Shown here: piece by piece, positions 62,729 to 64,000 of the stretch | Layout: the number at the start of each line of letters is the position of its first letter | How positions within the stretch are numbered: the stretch's first letter is position 1 | DNA from: Alphaproteobacteria bacterium | GTDB lineage: Bacteria; Pseudomonadota; Alphaproteobacteria; UBA6615 | Reading direction: 5' to 3' | Assembly (NCBI GenBank): GCA_038131445.1 | Contig: JAYPPL010000010.1 | Span: 349,918 to 413,917 of the forward strand | Length of the DNA stretch: 64,000 bases | Position numbers and translations under genes: made by a program | Notes under the pieces: generated by a model | Database searches by the model: none | What the model saw: the letters and a program-made list of their open reading frames with translations, nothing else | What the model was told of the DNA's origin: nothing

Positions 62729-62823
62729 CACCACATGCTGGCAGGTTTTGAAGCTAAACCACCAGATGTTTGCTTCGCAACCAGATTTTGGGCTTGCAAT
62801 CGAATTCAAACCCACATCGTGTG
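62729..62823. promoter_or_regulatory. Four NrdR-box-like sites upstream of nrdJ
   Basis: CACCACATGCTGGC (62729), CACCAGATGTTTGC (62760), AACCAGATTTTGGG (62779), ACCCACATCGTGTG (62810); two pairs each 31 bp apart. Confidence 0.7.
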
Positions 62824-62936
62824 GTTTGTGACAGCAATGTGATTCTGTGAGCGAGTTTGTCTGGGCACTGGACCAGACGCGCCGGTCGGTGCGATATTCC
62901 GGCCCGCACGCAGCGCAAAAGGGGGTCTTCACGCGA

Positions 62937-63290
62937 ATGGCGACATTGGGGACATTGCTGAAGACGTTTGTGTCGGGCGAACTCGTCGGCACCGACAACT
63001 ACGGCAACCGCTATTACCGTGGCCGCACGCGCAACCGGTACAACCGCGAGCGTCGCTGGGTCGTATATAAGGGCCGGCCGGAAGCCAGCAAGGTGCCGCC
63101 GGAATGGCACGTCTGGCTGCACCACATCAGCGAAGAGCCGATTGATCAGAGCCTTCGTCATTCCTGGCAGCAGGAGCATGTTCCGAATCTAACTGGTACC
63201 CGCGCGGCCTACCGCCCGTCGGGAAGCGTTATGCAGCCGGGCGAGCGCCGGCGCGGCACGGGCGAATACGAACCGTGGACGCCGCAGTAG
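62937..63290 (+). CDS. NADH:ubiquinone oxidoreductase subunit NDUFA12 (17.2 kDa) family
   Basis: VGTDNYGNRYY, RRWVVY, SKVPPEWHVWLHH, PNLTGT, YEPWTP. Confidence 0.92.
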   Translation: MATLGTLLKTFVSGELVGTDNYGNRYYRGRTRNRYNRERRWVVYKGRPEASKVPPEWHVWLHHISEEPIDQSLRHSWQQEHVPNLTGTRAAYRPSGSVMQPGERRRGTGEYEPWTPQ

Positions 63291-63315
63291 TCATCTTGAG
63301 CACCGGTTGCACAGC

Positions 63316-63819
63316 ATGAACAAGCATGCGCGCGCGGAAGTTCGTGATGTCTCCGTCGGGCTGGCCGTTGTCGCCGTCCTAATCGCGGTCCTTGCGGTCG
63401 TGTTCGGTCCGGGTTCGATCGCAGGTGCATCGACCTACAAGGTGGACGCGACGTTCGGACAGTCGGACGGACTTTCGGTCGGCAGTCCCGTGCGCGCCGC
63501 TGGCGTGACGGTCGGGAATGTTGCAGCGCTGGCACTGGTAGACGGCTTCCGCGTGCGTGTGACGCTCGAAATCCAGAGCGACGTGGTGATGGACACCGAT
63601 GCGAGCGCTGCCATCGTGACCGACGGCATCTTCGGGTCGAAGCTGGTGCGCATTGATGTCGGTGGCGGTGAGAAGAATATTTCGGACGGCGGCGTCATTG
63701 CCTACACCGAGGACGCCGTGGTCATCGACGACCTGTTGAGCCTGATTATTTCCCAGGCGCGCAGCAAGCGCGCGGCAGAAGAAGCCAAAGAAGCCGAAGC
63801 TACGGAGACCGAGAAATGA
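63316..63819 (+). CDS. MlaD/MCE-domain protein
   Basis: N-terminal TM; DGLSVGSPVRAAGVTVGNV, SAAIVTDGIFG. Confidence 0.85.
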   Translation: MNKHARAEVRDVSVGLAVVAVLIAVLAVVFGPGSIAGASTYKVDATFGQSDGLSVGSPVRAAGVTVGNVAALALVDGFRVRVTLEIQSDVVMDTDASAAIVTDGIFGSKLVRIDVGGGEKNISDGGVIAYTEDAVVIDDLLSLIISQARSKRAAEEAKEAEATETEK

Positions 63820-64000
63820 AACGCGGTGCCGTTGAAACCATACTCGGCGCGGTTGTTCTTGTCCTGGTTATCGTCTTTGTAGTTTTCGGTGCACGTTCCG
63901 TCGATATCGGCGGCGAAGACGGTTACCGCCTGAGCGCGCGCTTCCTCAAGGTGGGCGGTCTTGAGCGCGGCAGCGATGTGCGCATCTCGGGCGTTAAGGT
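63816..64000 (+). CDS. Second MlaD/MCE-domain protein (runs off the window)
   Basis: MKRGAVETILGAVVL...GYRLSARFLKVGGLERGSDVRISGVK; ATGA overlap with the upstream gene. Confidence 0.85.
   Translation, partial: MKRGAVETILGAVVLVLVIVFVVFGARSVDIGGEDGYRLSARFLKVGGLERGSDVRISGVK

Noticed and set aside
1-64000. CRISPR arrays, tRNA/rRNA/tmRNA, IS or prophage elements
   Set aside because: No periodic repeats, RNA gene signatures, transposase or integrase motifs seen by eye; an Infernal/ARAGORN scan would be needed to exclude small RNAs

Overview
GC-rich bacterial chromosome segment. Gene content and synteny (mipZ-vWA-DnaJ, clpS-clpA, phasin, nrdJ-NDUFA12-mlaD, slt/dapA-smpB, liuR) point to an alphaproteobacterium, probably Rhodospirillales-like (inference). 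It is mostly housekeeping and catabolic genes: pyk, GTP-type PEPCK, glnS, a leucine/isovalerate (liu) cluster, an Fe(III) ABC transporter, galU-ugd-pgm, clpSA and class II ribonucleotide reductase. I found no rRNA, tRNA, CRISPR array or mobile element. Main observations: (1) an AhpD/CMD-family gene that the ORF track splits in two is one reading frame with an in-frame UGA in a CxxU motif followed by a SECIS-like hairpin, a likely selenoprotein; (2) a three-subunit cobalt nitrile-hydratase/thiocyanate-hydrolase-like enzyme (scnB-scnA-scnC order, CTLCSCYPR) sits behind a TetR with twin operators, divergent from a ring-cleavage-type VOC gene; (3) about eight small decayed gene remnants suggest ongoing genome erosion; (4) glnS and nrdJ each carry a single +1 frameshift; (5) two 3' UTRs share an ACTCTCCTCCC anti-Shine-Dalgarno motif just before a terminator; (6) a K+ channel-like gene is wedged into the liu operon. 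All family calls come from motif recognition by eye; no database search was run.
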